Notes under the pieces: generated by a model
Seen by the model: only the letters and a program-made list of their open reading frames with translations
Database searches by the model: none
Told to the model about the DNA's origin: nothing
Origin: Cirrosporium novae-zelandiae
Lineage: Eukaryota
Assembly: GCA_026023565.1 (NCBI GenBank)
Contig: JAPETS010000008.1
Coordinates: 124,001-188,000 of the forward strand
Direction: 5' to 3'
DNA length: 64,000 nt
Position numbers and translations under genes: made by a program
Shown: in pieces, positions 62,525-64,000 of the stretch
How the letters are laid out: the number at the start of each line of letters is the position of its first letter
How positions within the stretch are numbered: position 1 is the stretch's first letter

Positions 62525-64000
62525 TCATGACAATAATGATATGGCAAGGCCGAGTAGGAAGAGAGGGACTGTGTATTGGGCGAGAGCCGCTGGTGCAGCA
62601 CCCGAGTCCTGTTGTGCTGTGCTAGATGTCGAGTTGGAAGCCGCACTAGAGGTTGAGGAAGCAGAGTCACTGCTATCATCATTTGAAGATTTAGAGGATG
62701 TTAACGATGTAGATTCCGTGCTCGAGTTGGAACTGGTTGTGGCGTTGGCATTTGCGCTGTTTGCAAAGCCTATTCGTTGCTTGTCGTAATCAAAGACGGC
62801 ATAGACATTCTTGAGAAATACGTCCCCTAATATCCATTGCGAGCTCGAAAAGACCTTTTGAGAGACAATTTTACTGACACACAAGCCATCACTCGTTTCA
62901 GAACCAACATAGTCTTTAGAAGAGACGTTGAAAGTGGTTCCGGAGAAGCTGAACTGTACTGGTGCTGTTGAGTTACATGGAACATGCCACTGACTACCAC
63001 TTTTTACTGCATCTGGAAAGTTGGTGAAGAGAGCTGTGGCATCATTAGGAGGAAGAAGGACGTAGGAAGTTCCAGTGTCGATGATGGCAGTCCTGGAATC
63101 GAGGCCGGCACTTGTGCCATCAAATGCTAAATCATCGGCGGCGATTTCCCAATAAGAGCCCTTTGAAACAACACTCGTATAGACCAAATCTCCGGTATAC
63201 TTGGACGAGTCAATAACTCCAAGACTTATCTCACCATCTTTAGTATTGTCGGCTTCACGCTGTAGGTGGACTCCGATTAGTTTAGATTTCAGTAGGCCGG
63301 CTTCGTCGAGTGCTTCCATGAATGTTGTTCCCGATATCGTATCATCTTCCGCACGGCCTATACCGAGAAGACCGTCAATTGGGAAATTGAGAAAGGCATC
63401 AGAAGCACTCGTAGCCCATCCAAATGATAGATCAACCTCCAAACTTCCAGCTTTAACGGTATCATTAGCCACCAGTCCCCCAACTTTACCAGAGCCATAG
63501 GTCATGTTGAAGGTTTCGCTGGTCTTGACAAAGGTTGTTGAATCTGACGATCCAAATGTATTATGTGATTTGCAGGCGCTTGTTGTGCAGCTGGAACCCA
63601 TAATCCAGGTGGTAGCCGATCCAGTATCGAGAAGCATGTACATCTCCTTACCACTTGATCCAAATTTCAAGATTGAGAAGTAGGAGTAGTCGTTTGAATC
63701 CTCACTGATTGCCATACTATCGGTCGCTGTAGGTGTAGCCGCGGAGACGAATGAATAGGTATTATCACGTTTGACTCGGGTGCCTCTCTATGACAATAAA
63801 TCAGTTACTATTCAACTTTGGGGAATTTCCTAAATCCTACTTTTACCGAAGGGCCTTTCCTGATCGTTAAAGTTGGGATATCTCCTTCTCCTTCATCATC
63901 CTCGGAACCCAAATTCAAGTAGGGAAAGAAACGGCGGACATTAGACTGGGTGTCATCCGTAGTAGTGGTATCAGCAGTATCAACAGTGTCCTCATCGAAC
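62525..64000 (-). CDS. Pepsin-family (A1) aspartic endopeptidase, CtsD-like, probable GPI anchor; 5' end beyond window; exons 63841->64000 and 62525-63787
   Basis: Two catalytic motifs LLDTGS and IIDTGTS, flap TYGSG and WILGDVFLKNVYAVFD. Ser/Thr-rich stalk and hydrophobic C-terminus. Propeptide has RRFFPY and a KR site. Phase-0 intron 63788-63840. Confidence 0.93.

Noticed and set aside
1..64000. tRNA, rRNA, spliceosomal snRNA genes, CRISPR arrays or a secondary-metabolite cluster around ERG1
   Set aside because: No cloverleaf around the GTTCRA matches, no snRNA or rRNA signature motifs, no spaced repeat array, and ERG1's neighbours in this window are not biosynthetic enzymes.

Overview
Eukaryotic, intron-containing DNA from a filamentous ascomycete (Pezizomycotina-type genes; GT-AG introns with CTRAC-like branch points). 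All exon models were built by hand. Two blocks of conserved genes flank an accessory island. Left block: ERG1, a conserved 5-exon hypothetical gene, MTG1 and ISY1. Right block: CTI6-like, type II myosin, a Red1/ZFC3H1-like gene and a GPI-type aspartic protease cut by the window end. The ~25 kb island (about 13.3-38.3 kb) holds lineage-variable genes and relics: an NLR-like gene, a small C2H2 gene, a DUF4470/MYND gene, BTB-like and F-box-like genes or pseudogenes, a Ty3/gypsy integrase fragment and possible transposon ends. The most striking element is the NLR-like locus at 17435-21887. It reads HeLo-like/SesA N-terminus, NACHT, about 10 ankyrin repeats, then an in-register six-bladed fucose-lectin (AAL/FleA-like) beta-propeller. 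Two compensating frameshifts and one TAG interrupt the ankyrin region only. Other leads: an unexplained, heavily base-paired ~330-nt intergenic element (9608-9935), an RRM inside the Red1-like gene, and a small orphan protein with tandem SILK and RVxF PP1-docking motifs. Domain names come from motif recognition, not database searches.
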